The notes under the pieces were generated by a model. That model was not told the origin of the DNA, did no database searches, and saw only the letters and a program-made list of their open reading frames with translations. Of a stretch of 64,000 nucleotides of DNA, positions 30,233 through 40,666 are shown piece by piece. The stretch is from Dehalococcoidia bacterium (lineage in GTDB: Bacteria; Chloroflexota; Dehalococcoidia; UBA2979). The DNA lies in NCBI GenBank assembly GCA_965262725.1, contig OZ253555.1, forward strand, positions 1,826,762-1,890,761. The letters run 5' to 3'. The stretch's first letter is position 1. The number at the start of each line of letters is the position of its first letter. Position numbers and translations under genes: made by a program.

Positions 30233-30862
30233 ATGACAGGGGAGCGGTGGCACCCCGGGACGCCAATCACCGGCCGCAGCCTCTGGTGCGGGCGCGTGTT
30301 CGCAGCCTGGCCATTCGTCGTGGTCGAGGATCGCGGCGACACCATCGCGGCCTTTACGCCACCCGGCGCGGTGTGGAGGCGCCCGACGGACCTCGAGGGC
30401 AACGACATTCGTCTGCCACACGTCGCGTGGCGTCTTCGCGACGACATCTGGTACGGCCGCGGAATGGTGCGCGTATTCATTCGCGACGCCGCACACTCGG
30501 TACTGGTCTTCCTCGACGAGGCCGACGTAAGGAATTGGTACGTGAATCTCGAAGCGCCCTTCCGCCGGACCGCGATCGGTCTCGACACGAGCGACCATCA
30601 CCTCGACGTCGTCTTTCCTCCCGACCTCGGTGAGGCGCGGTGGAAGGACGAGCACGAACTCGATGAGGCCGTCTCCTTCGGCAGCATGACCCAGGACGGG
30701 GCCGAGACGGTTCGCGCCGAGGCCGAGCGGGCGATCGAGTGGATCCAGCGCGGCGACCACCCTGCCATCGACGATCGCTGGCGCAGCTGGAGCCCGCCGT
30801 CCGAGTGGCGTATCCCCGTCCTCGCTCCCGATTGGGAGACGCTTCCGCCGCTCGTGACCTGA
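30233..30862 (+). CDS. DUF402-like (FomD-type) domain protein
   Basis: 209 aa (WYVNLEAP...DHHLDVVFPPD). The family assignment rests on recall only. Confidence 0.4.
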   Translation: MTGERWHPGTPITGRSLWCGRVFAAWPFVVVEDRGDTIAAFTPPGAVWRRPTDLEGNDIRLPHVAWRLRDDIWYGRGMVRVFIRDAAHSVLVFLDEADVRNWYVNLEAPFRRTAIGLDTSDHHLDVVFPPDLGEARWKDEHELDEAVSFGSMTQDGAETVRAEAERAIEWIQRGDHPAIDDRWRSWSPPSEWRIPVLAPDWETLPPLVT

Positions 30863-31208
30863 CAAGGCGGCGCGGACAGGGAGACTGGGCTCCCGCCGCG
30901 GCTGCCGCGTAGCGCGCGTGCGTCGTCAGACGCGGACCGCTCCGCCCCGACTGCCGACCGGCTGCCCTCGTGGCACTCCACCCACGCCACTCCGTGCGAC
31001 AGCCGGCCCGCCGGCAGGGGCGCAAGCAGCCGGAGGGGCAGTCGTCTCGTCCGTGTCTCCCTCAGACGCTACCGGGGCGGTGGTGAGGCAGGGGGGCATC
31101 GATCTTCGCAGTCCTGATGCACGTCTCCCGTCGAGGACGCAGCTCGCGGCGGAGGCGACCGTGTGCATCGTTTCGTTCAATGCGATGCGCAGGGTCGCGT
31201 ACATCCCT

Positions 31209-31251
31209 ATCCCCATTGCGCCCCCCCGATAGGGGGGGACGCAATGGGGAT
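31209..31251. terminator. long GC-rich palindromic hairpin (probable bidirectional, rho-independent-type terminator without a U-tract)
   Basis: TCCCCATTGCGCCCCCCC-GATA-GGGGGGGACGCAATGGGGA, about 50 nt downstream of the minus-strand flotillin stop and between convergent genes. Confidence 0.4.
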
Positions 31252-31301
31252 CGAGGTCACGCCACATGGCCGGAGCCTGGGCCGCGTCGGCGCCGCCGGG
31301 A

Positions 31302-32699
31302 TCAGCGCTCGGCGCCGATTCCGTCATCAGACGTAGCGCCGCCTTCCGGCTTGGCTGGGTCATCGTTTGACGGGAAGGAGCCGAGAAACGCGGGAAGTTC
31401 GATGCCAGCGCTCGCGGCGAGATCGTGGATCGGCGGAAGGGTGGTTGCGAGGCTGCGCACGAAGCCGGCCAACCCACCAGCGGGGCCCCCGCCCTCCCAG
31501 ACGACAACCTTGTCAATGCCGATCCCGGAGATCGCCTTGGCCTGCTGCTCCACGAGGGCCGGCATCTGCTCGGCCATCAGCAGCAGGACCGCATCTCGGG
31601 GACTGTTCCCCGCTGCTCCGACGAGGTCACTGATACCTTCTGCGCGCTTCGACAGGATCGCGTACTGGCCGTTGGCTTCGGCTTCCAGGAGCTTCTGGTT
31701 ACCCTCAGCCTGGCCTCCATTGAGGATGCTGATGCTGGCAGCCTCGGCTTCGGCGATGACGCGAGCCCTCTCCCGTTCCACTTCGGCGGGCATGATGACG
31801 TCCGCCTGCTGCTTGGCCCTGTCGCGGATCGTGCGGGCTTCCTCGGCCTCCGCCTCGGCGGCGAATGCCTCTGCCTCCGCCGAAGCAGTCGTCACACGCT
31901 CGGCGGCGATGGCAGCCCGTTCCGCTTCCGCTGCGCGCTGGCGGCGTGCACTCTCCGAGTTGGCGACGACCACTCGCGACTCGTTCTCGCCCTCAGTGGC
32001 AGTCGCTTCCTCTTCAGCGACCCGCACGCGTCGCTCGCGGTCCGCTTCGGCGGCGCCAACGGAGCCGTCACGTTCCTGCTCTGAGACTCGGATCTTCGCC
32101 TCGTTGATGGCGCGGGCGGCGGCTTCCCGCCCAAGAGCGTCGATGTAGCCGGACTCGTCGGTCACGTCCTGAATGTTGACGTTGATGAGCCGCAGTCCGA
32201 CCTTGGCCAGCTCGGCTTCAAGCGACTCGGTGATGTTCGCGATCAGCTTCTCGCGGTCGGTGTTGATCTCCTCGATCGGCATCGTGGCAATAACCACGCG
32301 CATCTGGCCGAAGATGATGTCGCGAGCCAGTGTCTCGATAGCTGGCAACTCGAGTCCCAGCAACCGTTCGGCGGCGTTCTGCATCACGCCGGGATCGGTG
32401 GAGATGCCGACAGTAAACGTGGCAGGCGTGTTGACCCGGATATTCTGCTGGGACAGTGCGCCTTCCAGCCTGATGTCGATGGACAGCGGCGTGAGGTCCA
32501 GGAACGCGTGCCCCTGGAGGACGGGCCACACCAGAGCGCCACCACCATGGAGGCAGCGTGCTGATTGGCCTTCGTCACCGACACGCCCATAGATGACGAG
32601 CACGCGGTCTGAGGGGCAACGCTTGTAGCGCCCCGCGATCGACAGCACGGTCAGCAGCACGATGGCTACGAGACCGCTCACTAAGACAATGGCATCCAT
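31302..32699 (-). CDS. flotillin / SPFH (band-7) family protein
   Basis: 465 aa with an N-terminal TM, an SPFH domain and a long Ala/Glu-rich coiled coil. Confidence 0.8.
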   Translation of the reverse strand: MDAIVLVSGLVAIVLLTVLSIAGRYKRCPSDRVLVIYGRVGDEGQSARCLHGGGALVWPVLQGHAFLDLTPLSIDIRLEGALSQQNIRVNTPATFTVGISTDPGVMQNAAERLLGLELPAIETLARDIIFGQMRVVIATMPIEEINTDREKLIANITESLEAELAKVGLRLINVNIQDVTDESGYIDALGREAAARAINEAKIRVSEQERDGSVGAAEADRERRVRVAEEEATATEGENESRVVVANSESARRQRAAEAERAAIAAERVTTASAEAEAFAAEAEAEEARTIRDRAKQQADVIMPAEVERERARVIAEAEAASISILNGGQAEGNQKLLEAEANGQYAILSKRAEGISDLVGAAGNSPRDAVLLLMAEQMPALVEQQAKAISGIGIDKVVVWEGGGPAGGLAGFVRSLATTLPPIHDLAASAGIELPAFLGSFPSNDDPAKPEGGATSDDGIGAER

Positions 32700-32779
32700 C
32701 GGAGGCCCCTTCCTGAGTCCCTGTGGTTATGAGTCCCTTGAGTCCCTGTGCCTATCCTGAGACGACGTTGTTGGTCCGG

Positions 32780-33340
32780 TCAGACCGAGAATGGGCGGAC
32801 CAGAACAGTGGTTGGGTTGATGGTGCCGACGACTTCGACACGCTCTCCGACCGCTACGGCACCGCTACCTGGTTCGGCCACGGCTGCCACCTCTCGCAGC
32901 CGGCCCTGCACCATGACTTCGATTTTCCCTGCCCGTGATCGGTCGTCAGGGACGGTGAGGTAGACGCGGCCGACAGATCCTACTGCCGTGCTGTAGTCGA
33001 GTGAGCCATCCGACTCGAGGCTTGAGAACTTCCGCCACATGATGCCTGCGCCCACCATGGCCAGCGTTCCGGACACGGCCGCGCCGCCCACCGAGGCGGG
33101 GAAGGGCACGTTCGCATCCACCAGGAGCACGCCGACCCAGCCGAAGACGAAGAAGAACGCAGTCAGCCCGCGGAGGGATATCATGCCCGAGAGCCCGGCC
33201 TCGTCGCCGCCGAAGTCGAAGTCGCCGCCGAATCCGACTGCGAGCAGGAGCAGCTGCAAGGCGAGCGCAGCTGCGGCGGCGAACCCGATCGCGTAGAAGA
33301 CTTGGAGTGGGCCCGTGAGCCCATCCCACCATCCGGGCAT
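32780..33340 (-). CDS. NfeD-family membrane protein (flotillin partner)
   Basis: Membrane N-terminus plus a C-terminal OB-like domain. Sits upstream of the flotillin gene in the same operon. Confidence 0.65.
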   Translation of the reverse strand: MPGWWDGLTGPLQVFYAIGFAAAAALALQLLLLAVGFGGDFDFGGDEAGLSGMISLRGLTAFFFVFGWVGVLLVDANVPFPASVGGAAVSGTLAMVGAGIMWRKFSSLESDGSLDYSTAVGSVGRVYLTVPDDRSRAGKIEVMVQGRLREVAAVAEPGSGAVAVGERVEVVGTINPTTVLVRPFSV

Positions 33341-33673
33341 CTCTATCCATCCTTATGCGGCAGGGCACGGGAGCGAGCCCCAGGCGGCATTCAGTGTAGG
33401 GGACGTACAGCGGTTCCGCTGCTGGTCATGTCACTGGCGGTGGCGAGGCGTACACACCCGACTCAGACGGGGAGATCGTAGCGTCCGCTACCGCGGTCAG
33501 GGTGAGGCAATGGACGCGTGCGCGGAACTACAGCGAGAGCCATGTCTGATTCCGTCCTCGTCGATCTCGGTGTACCAGCAGATTGATGGTACGCCCGTGT
33601 CAGACGCGAACGTGATTGAGGCGGCTTGTGCTGCGTCCGCTACGCTGCACGGTGTGCTGACTGCGGAGCGGCG

Positions 33674-34588
33674 ATGAGCGACACACCGGCCATCCGCTTC
33701 GAGGGCCTCGTGAAGTCGTACGGCGACGTGCGCGCCCTCGACGGCATCGACCTCGACGTGCCGCGCGGCGAGGTCTTCGGCTTCCTCGGCCCCAACGGTG
33801 CGGGCAAGACCACCGCGATCCGCGTCCTCATGGACCTGATCCGTCCCAACGCCGGCCGCGCCGAGGTGCTGGGGTTCGACGCCCAGCGCGACTCGATCGA
33901 GGTACGCCGGCGCTGCGGCTACCTGCCCGGCGACCTCGCCCTCTACGACGCGCTCACCGTCGACGCCTGCCTCGACCTCGTCGCGGCGCTGCGCGGGGGC
34001 GTCGACCGGCGCTACCGCGAGGAGCTCGTCGAGCGGCTGCGGCTCGACGGTGACCGCCGCGTCGGCGACCTGTCGCGCGGCAACTACCAGAAGGCCGGCC
34101 TCGTCATCGCGCTCATGGCGAAGCCCGACGTGTTGGTGCTGGACGAGCCGACAAACGCCCTCGACCCGCTCGTACAGGAGGAGGTCGAGGCGATCCTGCG
34201 CGAGGCGGTCGCCGAGGGGCGCACGGTCTTCTTCTCCTCGCACGTCCTCGCCGAGGTGGAGCAGCTCGCGCGCCGCGTGGCGATGCTGCGCGAGGGCCGC
34301 ATCGTCGCCGTCAGCGACCTCGCCGAGCAGCGCCGCCTCGCGCCGCGTCGCGTGAGCGTGACCTTCGAGGAGGCCCCGCCGGCCGGGGACTTCGGACGGC
34401 TGCCCGGCGTGCGCCTCGTCTCGCTCGAGGGGCGAGACGCCGTGTTCGAGACGCACGACGCGATGCACGCGCTGATCCAGGCGCTCGCAGCCCATCGCGT
34501 ACAGACCCTCGAAACCCACGAGATCACGCTCGAGGAGCTCTTCCTGTCGTACTACGAGGAGCCCGCGGGGGCGGCCACGCATGCCTGA
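33674..34588 (+). CDS. ABC transporter ATP-binding protein
   Basis: Walker A (GPNGAGKTT), signature LSRGNYQK and Walker B (VLDEPT). Confidence 0.85.
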   Translation: MSDTPAIRFEGLVKSYGDVRALDGIDLDVPRGEVFGFLGPNGAGKTTAIRVLMDLIRPNAGRAEVLGFDAQRDSIEVRRRCGYLPGDLALYDALTVDACLDLVAALRGGVDRRYREELVERLRLDGDRRVGDLSRGNYQKAGLVIALMAKPDVLVLDEPTNALDPLVQEEVEAILREAVAEGRTVFFSSHVLAEVEQLARRVAMLREGRIVAVSDLAEQRRLAPRRVSVTFEEAPPAGDFGRLPGVRLVSLEGRDAVFETHDAMHALIQALAAHRVQTLETHEITLEELFLSYYEEPAGAATHA

Positions 34589-35450
34589 CCGCACGATCGT
34601 GCGCAAGACGCTGCTCGACCTGCGCTGGCAGGTCGTGGGCTGGGGCCTCGGCCTCGCGGCCCTCGCGGCGATGCTCGTGCTGATCTACCCCGCCATCAGC
34701 GCGCAGTTCGAGGGCGTCGAGATGGAGAACATCGGGTTCGGGGAGATCCAGGACCTCTCGGACCCGCGCCAGTTCTTCCAGGTCGAGTTCTTCACGTGGT
34801 CGCCGGTGCTGATGACCATCTTCGCGATCATCGCCGGCGGTGCGCTGCTGGCCGGCGAGGAGGGTGCGGGCACGCTCGAACTCCTCCTGTCGCAGCCACT
34901 CGCCCGCCGACGGCTCTTCCTCGGCAAGCTCGCGGGCGTGGCGGTCGCCGTCGTCGGCGTCCTCGCGCTCGCCGGGCTCGGCTTCCTGTTGACGGCCCCG
35001 TTCGTCGATCTCAAGGGCGCGGTGGCCGCGGGTGAGCTGGCGGTCGCGCCCTTCTCGCTGCTGCCGTTCGCATGGTTCGCGCTCGCGGCGACGGTCCTCG
35101 CCGCCACGCTCACGCCGACGCGCGGACGAGCTGCGGCGCTGATGACAGCCGGCGCCTTCGTGGCCTACGCGCTGAACATCGCGGCCGACCTCGTCACCTC
35201 GCTCGACTGGCTGCGCTTCTTCACCCCCTACTACTACTCCGACGCCCAGCGCGTGCTGACCGAGGGCACCGTGTGGTGGCATCAGGTAGCGCTGCTCGCG
35301 GCCGCGCTAGTCTGCGCCGCACTGGCCCTCGCCGTCTTCGAGCGCCGCGAGATCGGCGTCGGGCGCTCGCCTCTCGCCCTGCTCCTCGGCCGCGAGCCGT
35401 CTGCCGCCGAGACCGCTGAGGCCGCTCGCGAGCCCCTGGTCGCCCGCTAG
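34581..35450 (+). CDS. ABC-2 family transporter permease
   Basis: 289 aa multi-TM protein overlapping the ATPase stop. Confidence 0.65.
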   Translation: MPDRTIVRKTLLDLRWQVVGWGLGLAALAAMLVLIYPAISAQFEGVEMENIGFGEIQDLSDPRQFFQVEFFTWSPVLMTIFAIIAGGALLAGEEGAGTLELLLSQPLARRRLFLGKLAGVAVAVVGVLALAGLGFLLTAPFVDLKGAVAAGELAVAPFSLLPFAWFALAATVLAATLTPTRGRAAALMTAGAFVAYALNIAADLVTSLDWLRFFTPYYYSDAQRVLTEGTVWWHQVALLAAALVCAALALAVFERREIGVGRSPLALLLGREPSAAETAEAAREPLVAR

Positions 35451-35663
35451 CAGCGTGCTAGAAACGCCTTCCGGGCAGCGGAGCGGGCGCCGCGCGGCCC
35501 GCCTCGAGTTGCGTCGTCGTGCTTCCGGCGTGCTGGTCCCCTTCCACGGGACGCCGCCTGCCGTCCGCCAGACCCCTGCCGGTGGGTGCGAAGGTCGACG
35601 AACCGATGCTCGATCCCCCGCAAGGCCCGTCAGGCGAGGAGGCTGCCCGTGAGCCCGGCACCG

Positions 35664-36335
35664 ATGAACACGCCGCGGCTGGCCGTGAGAGCCGTCTTCT
35701 GGGACCTGGACGACACTGTCCTGGACACTCTGACGGGCCGGGTGGAGGCGCTTGCCGGGGCGTATGAGGACTGTCTCGGCAGCCGACCGGACGCACGTGC
35801 GCTGTGGCGGGGGCACGATGGCCGCACGCTTCACGAACTCGCGAAGGAGTTGATGGGCGATGACTGGCCGCGTTTCGTCGAGTGCTACCGGGAGCGGTAC
35901 TTTGCTCTCGACATCGCCTCCGAGCCGTTCCCCGGCGTTGTGGACACGCTCGATGCGCTCAGGTCGGACGGGTTTCAGCTGGCGATTGTCACCTCGAAGC
36001 TCGCGTGGCGGGCGACGGAAGAGCTCGCACGCGCGGGACTGTTTGGCCGCTTCGCGGCTGTGGTCGGTTGGGAGGACAGCGAGCGGCACAAACCGGAGCC
36101 GGATCCGCTGCGCGTTGCGATGGGGCGCCTCGGCGTCGGTGAATCGGGCTCCATCGCGTACGTCGGGGACACGCCAGCCGACGTGAGGGCTGCACGGGCG
36201 GCAGGGTGCCACGCGATCGGAGCGGCATGGGGGTCGCTTGACGCCGATCGGGTGCGAGAGGAAAACCCGGACGTGCTGGTGGAACATCCGGCCGACGTGC
36301 TTGCCTACGTGCGCCGCGTGGGGCCGGAGAGGTAA
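35664..36335 (+). CDS. HAD-family hydrolase (phosphoglycolate phosphatase-like)
   Basis: The DxD motif (VFWDLDDTVLDT) plus later HAD motifs (VTSK; GDTPADV). Confidence 0.7.
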   Translation: MNTPRLAVRAVFWDLDDTVLDTLTGRVEALAGAYEDCLGSRPDARALWRGHDGRTLHELAKELMGDDWPRFVECYRERYFALDIASEPFPGVVDTLDALRSDGFQLAIVTSKLAWRATEELARAGLFGRFAAVVGWEDSERHKPEPDPLRVAMGRLGVGESGSIAYVGDTPADVRAARAAGCHAIGAAWGSLDADRVREENPDVLVEHPADVLAYVRRVGPER

Positions 36336-36369
36336 GAGCCCCGCCGCCGAAGTGGTGAAACGCTGCCAC

Positions 36370-36915
36370 TCAGCGTTCCTGCAACCGCTCGCGCGCCTGC
36401 CACTCGGCGCCCAGCACCGCGTAGAGAACGCCGTCGGCGCGCTCACCTCGGACGGGACGATTCATGCGAACTACGCCCTCCCGCTGCATGCCGAGCTTCT
36501 CTATAACACGCCACGAGGCCGTGTTGCGGATGTCGGCGACGGCCTGGACGCGGGCGAGGCCGAGCTCTTCGAAACCGAATGCGATGACCGCCGCCGCTGC
36601 CTCCGTCGCCAGGCCCTGGCCCCAGAGCGGGCGCGCAATGTCGTAGCCGATCTCGGCCGAGTCGGCCCCGCCGATTCCCAGGTTGAGGCCGCCCGAAGCT
36701 CGGCCCTCGTGGGCGATCGCCCATTGGAACCTGGTCTCGTCGTCGGCACGGATGGCCTTCGCAACAAACTCCTCAGCACTACGTCGCGTGTACGGACGTG
36801 GCACGGGGAGATACCGGGCCCACTCGGGGTCCGTCGCGTAGCCGACGACGTCATCGACATCGTCGAGTCGGAAGGGGCGCAGGAGCAGGCGCTGCGTTCG
36901 GAGCGTGGGCGGCAT
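36370..36915 (-). CDS. GNAT-family N-acetyltransferase (RimJ/RimL-like)
   Basis: Starts at MPPTLRTQRLLLRPF. Acetyltransferase fold (GQGLATEAAAAVI). Confidence 0.7.
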   Translation of the reverse strand: MPPTLRTQRLLLRPFRLDDVDDVVGYATDPEWARYLPVPRPYTRRSAEEFVAKAIRADDETRFQWAIAHEGRASGGLNLGIGGADSAEIGYDIARPLWGQGLATEAAAAVIAFGFEELGLARVQAVADIRNTASWRVIEKLGMQREGVVRMNRPVRGERADGVLYAVLGAEWQARERLQER

Positions 36916-37060
36916 GATCGGCCGAGTATCACACGGCGCGGCGCCGACGCCTCCCACGCATCGAAGTCGCAGGGGTCGTCGCAGACCTCCTGGCGCATGA
37001 GTCCGCCGGGGGCGAGCCCGGGCTCAGCCTCGGGAGCGAGCGCCGGAGCGTCGAGTGACT

Positions 37061-40000
37061 CTACTCCGGCTCCTCGAGGAACCCTGCGTCGGCAGGCTCG
37101 AGCAGCCCTCCGGCGTCCACGCGCCTGCGCGCTTCGGCGAGCGCCGCCTCGACCTCGGTGTGCCCGGGCCACGCCAGTTCGCCGCTGCGCAGGAAGAGCA
37201 GGCCCGCGTTCGCCGGAGCCCCGACGGCGGCCTCGATGGCGCGCTGGTAGAGCCCGATCTGCACGGCGTAGTGGCGTGCCGCCTCCTTAGCCGAGGTCCC
37301 GTCCAGCCGATCGCTCTTGAAGTCGATCACGTGCCAACCGCTCGCGTCGTGGTAGACGAGGTCGATGCTGCCGTGGACCGGCACGCCGTCCCAGTCCCAG
37401 GCGAACGGCAACTCGAACCAGCGCTCGACATCCGGCGCGGCCAGCGCGGCGGCGACCGGCGACCGCGTGAAGCGGTCGAGCATCTCCCGGGCCTCGCCGG
37501 CCAACGCCCGCGCCGTCGCGTCGTCGAGGGCGCGCTCGCTCTGCTCCCGGGCGAGATCGGCCAGCGCATCGTCGTCGAGGGAGCCGGGTGCGCCCCCGGA
37601 GACCTCGAAGGCGCGGTGCACGAGCAGGCCACGCAGCGCCGCCAGGCCGTCACCGTGCTCGTGCTGCCGCGGGGCGGTCTCCGGAGGGCGGAGCGCCGTG
37701 ACGGGCGTGCTCGCGCGCAGCGGGATCGCGGGCGGCCGCGCGAGCAGCGGCGAGATGTAGTCCTCCTCCTCGGATGTGTCGGGGCGCTCCAGGGCGGAGG
37801 GCGCCCGCCGCCTGGCGATCGCCTCGAGGTCGGGTGGGACCGGCTCGCGCAGCTGGATCTCGCGCAGGGCGCCACTGGCGTGCGCGTCGCGCACCGAGTG
37901 CAGCCAGCCCCCGCCTCCCGTCTCGTCGCCCGAGATATGGAGGTAGTCCCCGGCACGCGTCGCCGCGACATAGAAGAGACGCCGCTGCTCCTCCGCATCC
38001 TCCAGTTGGTCCTGTTGCTGCAGGTGCGCGTAGAAGCCGGGCCGCGGCCGCTTGTCGTCGTCCTCGTCGCGCTCCAGCATGACGGAGACGCCGTCCTCGC
38101 GAGACCAGCGGACCGCGTCCCAGGTCGACCAGGATGAGAGGTGCGCCTCCGGCACGAAGACGATCGGGAACTCGAGGCCCTTCGCGCCGTGCACCGTCAT
38201 CAGCTGCACCGCATCGGGGCGGTCGAGCGTGGCCGGCCCCTCGCGCGGGTCGAGGTCGTCGCGACGCTGCTCGAGGTAGGAGACCACCTCGGAGAGCGGG
38301 TGCCCGGCCAGCGTGCGCACGATGCGCAGCAGCTTGCGGATGTTCGCGCGGGCTTGCTCGCCGCCCGCGAGCGGCGCCCATGACGCCTCGACGGCGGTGC
38401 GGTCGAGAGCCAGCTCGAGCAGCGCGTCGGCCGGCAGGGAGGCAGCGGCCCGTCGCAGTGCGGCGAGCGTCTCCCGGGCATGCGCGCAGCGTGCGCGCTC
38501 CTCGCCGGCGATCTCGTCGGGCGGATCGGCCAGCGCCGCCACCGGCCTGCCCCGCTCGCGCAGCGCCAGCAGCGTGTCGTCCCCGAGGGCAAAGAAGGGC
38601 GATCGCAGCACGCCGCTGAGCGCGAGATCGTCCTGCGGCTCCGCCAGCCAGCGCAGCAGGTTGATGCAGTCGAACACCTCCTGCCGCGTGAAGAAACCCG
38701 TGCCGCTCGGTGTCGCGGCCGTGATGCCATGCGTGTCGAGGGCTTGCTGGAAGACATGGACGTGCCTGAAGCGCCTCAGCAGGATCGCGATGTCGCCGCG
38801 CTGCGCGGGGCGCATCACACGCTCGTCCCGGTCCCAGACCAGCCGCCCGCCGGCGAGCAGCCTCTCGATCTCCTCCGCGACCACGTCCGCCTCGACCCGT
38901 CGCCGCTCGGGCTCGCGCGGCCGCCCGCCGTCCGGCGCCCTGCTCCCGATCTGTGTCAGCGTGAGGTAGGTGCCGTCGTCCGGCGCCTCGCCGGGGCGGC
39001 CCGTCATCGGTGGTAGCGCCGCGAGGGACGGCGCCGTACCGGCGAAGACCTCGCCGAAGAGCTCGTTGATGCGCGCCACCAGTGCGTCGTGGCTGCGGAA
39101 CGAGCGGCTGAGCGGCAGCAGCGGCCCGCCCCGGCGGGCGACGAGGCCCTGCAACGCGGTGAAGCGGTGCACGTCCGCCCCGCGGAAGCGGTAGATCGAT
39201 TGCCGCGCGTCGCCGACGAGGAAGAGCGCGGGTCGCGGCCCGTCGCCGTCGCCGCCGGCAATCAGCTCGATCAGCTCCGCCTGCACGGGGTTGATGTCCT
39301 GTGACTCGTCGACCATCAGGTGGCGGAAGCGCTCGCGCACGGCGGCGGCCACGGCCGGGTGATCGCGGAGCAGGCCGACGGCGCCCAGCTCGAGATCGAG
39401 GTAGTCGAGCGCGCCCTGCGCCTCCTTCGCCGCCGTGTAGCGCCGCACCGCGTTCTCGAAGAGCGCGCGCAGCCCGGCGAGCGCTTCGAGAGCCGGCTCG
39501 TCGTGCTCGTTCCAGGCGGGCAGCCTCCCGGCCTCGCCGGCAAGCTCGCGCAGCTCGCGCAGCGCGTCCTTGACGTCGGAGTCGGGCGGACTCCTGCGCC
39601 CCACGTTGAGTCTGATGCGCGCCGCCGCGTCGCCGAGGAGGGCGGCGAAGTCTTGCCAGGAGTCCGCCTCGCAGGCCTCGGTGAGCGGCGCCAGGACGTC
39701 GCGCACGACCTCGGCAAGCCTGTCGCTCACGGCGTCGGCGTCGCGCCTGATCCGCGCGGCGATCGTCGGCGTCTGCTCCTGGATCGATCTCTGTCGGGGC
39801 CCGTAGCGCCCGTCGAGGGTGGCGCGGACGCGGCCGGGCCAGCCGGCGCTGTCCGCGCCCATCGCCGCGAAGGCGGACTCGACGGCGTCCCGCTCGGCGA
39901 CCATCCGCGGGAGCCGGACACCGGCGTGGTAGACGCCGATCCCGCGCAGCGCGGTGGTGCGCTCGTCGTCGGCCTCCGCGGCAGCATCGATCGCCTCGAT

Positions 40001-40381
40001 GCAGGCCGTGCGCCGCAGCAGTTCCGCCTCGTCGTCGGCGAGCACGGCAGCCGAGGGGTCGAGTACCGCCTCGACGGGGTGCTCGCGCAGCAGGCGCAGG
40101 CCCAGCGAGTGCACCGTCCCGATCGCCGCCTCGTCGAGCAAGGCGCGATGCTGCTCCAGCGCGGGGTCCAACATCACCGCGCTGCGCACCCGCTCGCGCA
40201 TCTCGGCGGCGGCCGCCTCGGTGAAGGTGATCGCCGCGATCTCCGGGATCGAGCAGTCGCGCAGCAGCCGCAGGTAGCGCTCGACCAGCACGCGGGTCTT
40301 GCCGCTGCCCGCGCCGGCCGCGACCGTGAGGTCCGAGGCGTCCGCCTCGATGATCGTTCGTTGCTCGCCGGTCAGGTCCAC
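37061..40381 (-). CDS. UvrD/PcrA-type helicase fused to a C-terminal PD-(D/E)XK nuclease (AddA/AdnB-like recombination helicase-nuclease subunit)
   Basis: 1106 aa. GTG start; Walker A (AGAGSGKT); SF1 helicase motifs; C-terminal RecB-type nuclease (IDLVYHD...IDFKSD). Confidence 0.8.
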   Translation of the reverse strand: MDLTGEQRTIIEADASDLTVAAGAGSGKTRVLVERYLRLLRDCSIPEIAAITFTEAAAAEMRERVRSAVMLDPALEQHRALLDEAAIGTVHSLGLRLLREHPVEAVLDPSAAVLADDEAELLRRTACIEAIDAAAEADDERTTALRGIGVYHAGVRLPRMVAERDAVESAFAAMGADSAGWPGRVRATLDGRYGPRQRSIQEQTPTIAARIRRDADAVSDRLAEVVRDVLAPLTEACEADSWQDFAALLGDAAARIRLNVGRRSPPDSDVKDALRELRELAGEAGRLPAWNEHDEPALEALAGLRALFENAVRRYTAAKEAQGALDYLDLELGAVGLLRDHPAVAAAVRERFRHLMVDESQDINPVQAELIELIAGGDGDGPRPALFLVGDARQSIYRFRGADVHRFTALQGLVARRGGPLLPLSRSFRSHDALVARINELFGEVFAGTAPSLAALPPMTGRPGEAPDDGTYLTLTQIGSRAPDGGRPREPERRRVEADVVAEEIERLLAGGRLVWDRDERVMRPAQRGDIAILLRRFRHVHVFQQALDTHGITAATPSGTGFFTRQEVFDCINLLRWLAEPQDDLALSGVLRSPFFALGDDTLLALRERGRPVAALADPPDEIAGEERARCAHARETLAALRRAAASLPADALLELALDRTAVEASWAPLAGGEQARANIRKLLRIVRTLAGHPLSEVVSYLEQRRDDLDPREGPATLDRPDAVQLMTVHGAKGLEFPIVFVPEAHLSSWSTWDAVRWSREDGVSVMLERDEDDDKRPRPGFYAHLQQQDQLEDAEEQRRLFYVAATRAGDYLHISGDETGGGGWLHSVRDAHASGALREIQLREPVPPDLEAIARRRAPSALERPDTSEEEDYISPLLARPPAIPLRASTPVTALRPPETAPRQHEHGDGLAALRGLLVHRAFEVSGGAPGSLDDDALADLAREQSERALDDATARALAGEAREMLDRFTRSPVAAALAAPDVERWFELPFAWDWDGVPVHGSIDLVYHDASGWHVIDFKSDRLDGTSAKEAARHYAVQIGLYQRAIEAAVGAPANAGLLFLRSGELAWPGHTEVEAALAEARRRVDAGGLLEPADAGFLEEPE

Positions 40382-40666
40382 TGCTTACGCCTCGTGAACT
40401 GGTTGACGCGACAGATATGGCGGAAGGCGCAGTAGCTGGGGCAGGTCGGCACCTGCGGGTCCACCCGGAAGTCACCTTCGGCCACCGAGGTACGCACCCC
40501 CTCCGCGTGTTGCGCCGCCTCCTCGATCAGCGCAGCATCGTCCGGGTTCGAGATCGAGCCCCGAATGTGGCAGGGCCCGATCGTCGCCTGCCTGGGGCGC
40601 TCAGCGCTCGGCTGGGATGGTCTGCACGCCGTAGCGGGAAATGATGCTGTCGGAGGTCACGATGGT
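40376..40666 (-). pseudogene. 3' remnant of the partner nuclease gene (AddB/AdnA-like) with an Fe-S Cys motif
   Basis: About 97-codon open frame with no start codon, ending in ...CPSYCAFRHICRVNQFTRRKQWT*. Its stop overlaps the helicase start (GTGGACCTGA). The upstream part is replaced by vapBC. Confidence 0.45.

Noticed and set aside
31117-32148. 343-aa plus-strand ORF
   Set aside because: Antisense to the strongly supported flotillin gene. Low-complexity Ser/Ala/Arg translation.
32700-32779. Tandem GAGTCCCTGTG motifs between nfeD and flotillin
   Set aside because: Only two short copies, and the sequence is consistent with an ordinary RBS/spacer region. Insufficient to call a regulatory repeat.
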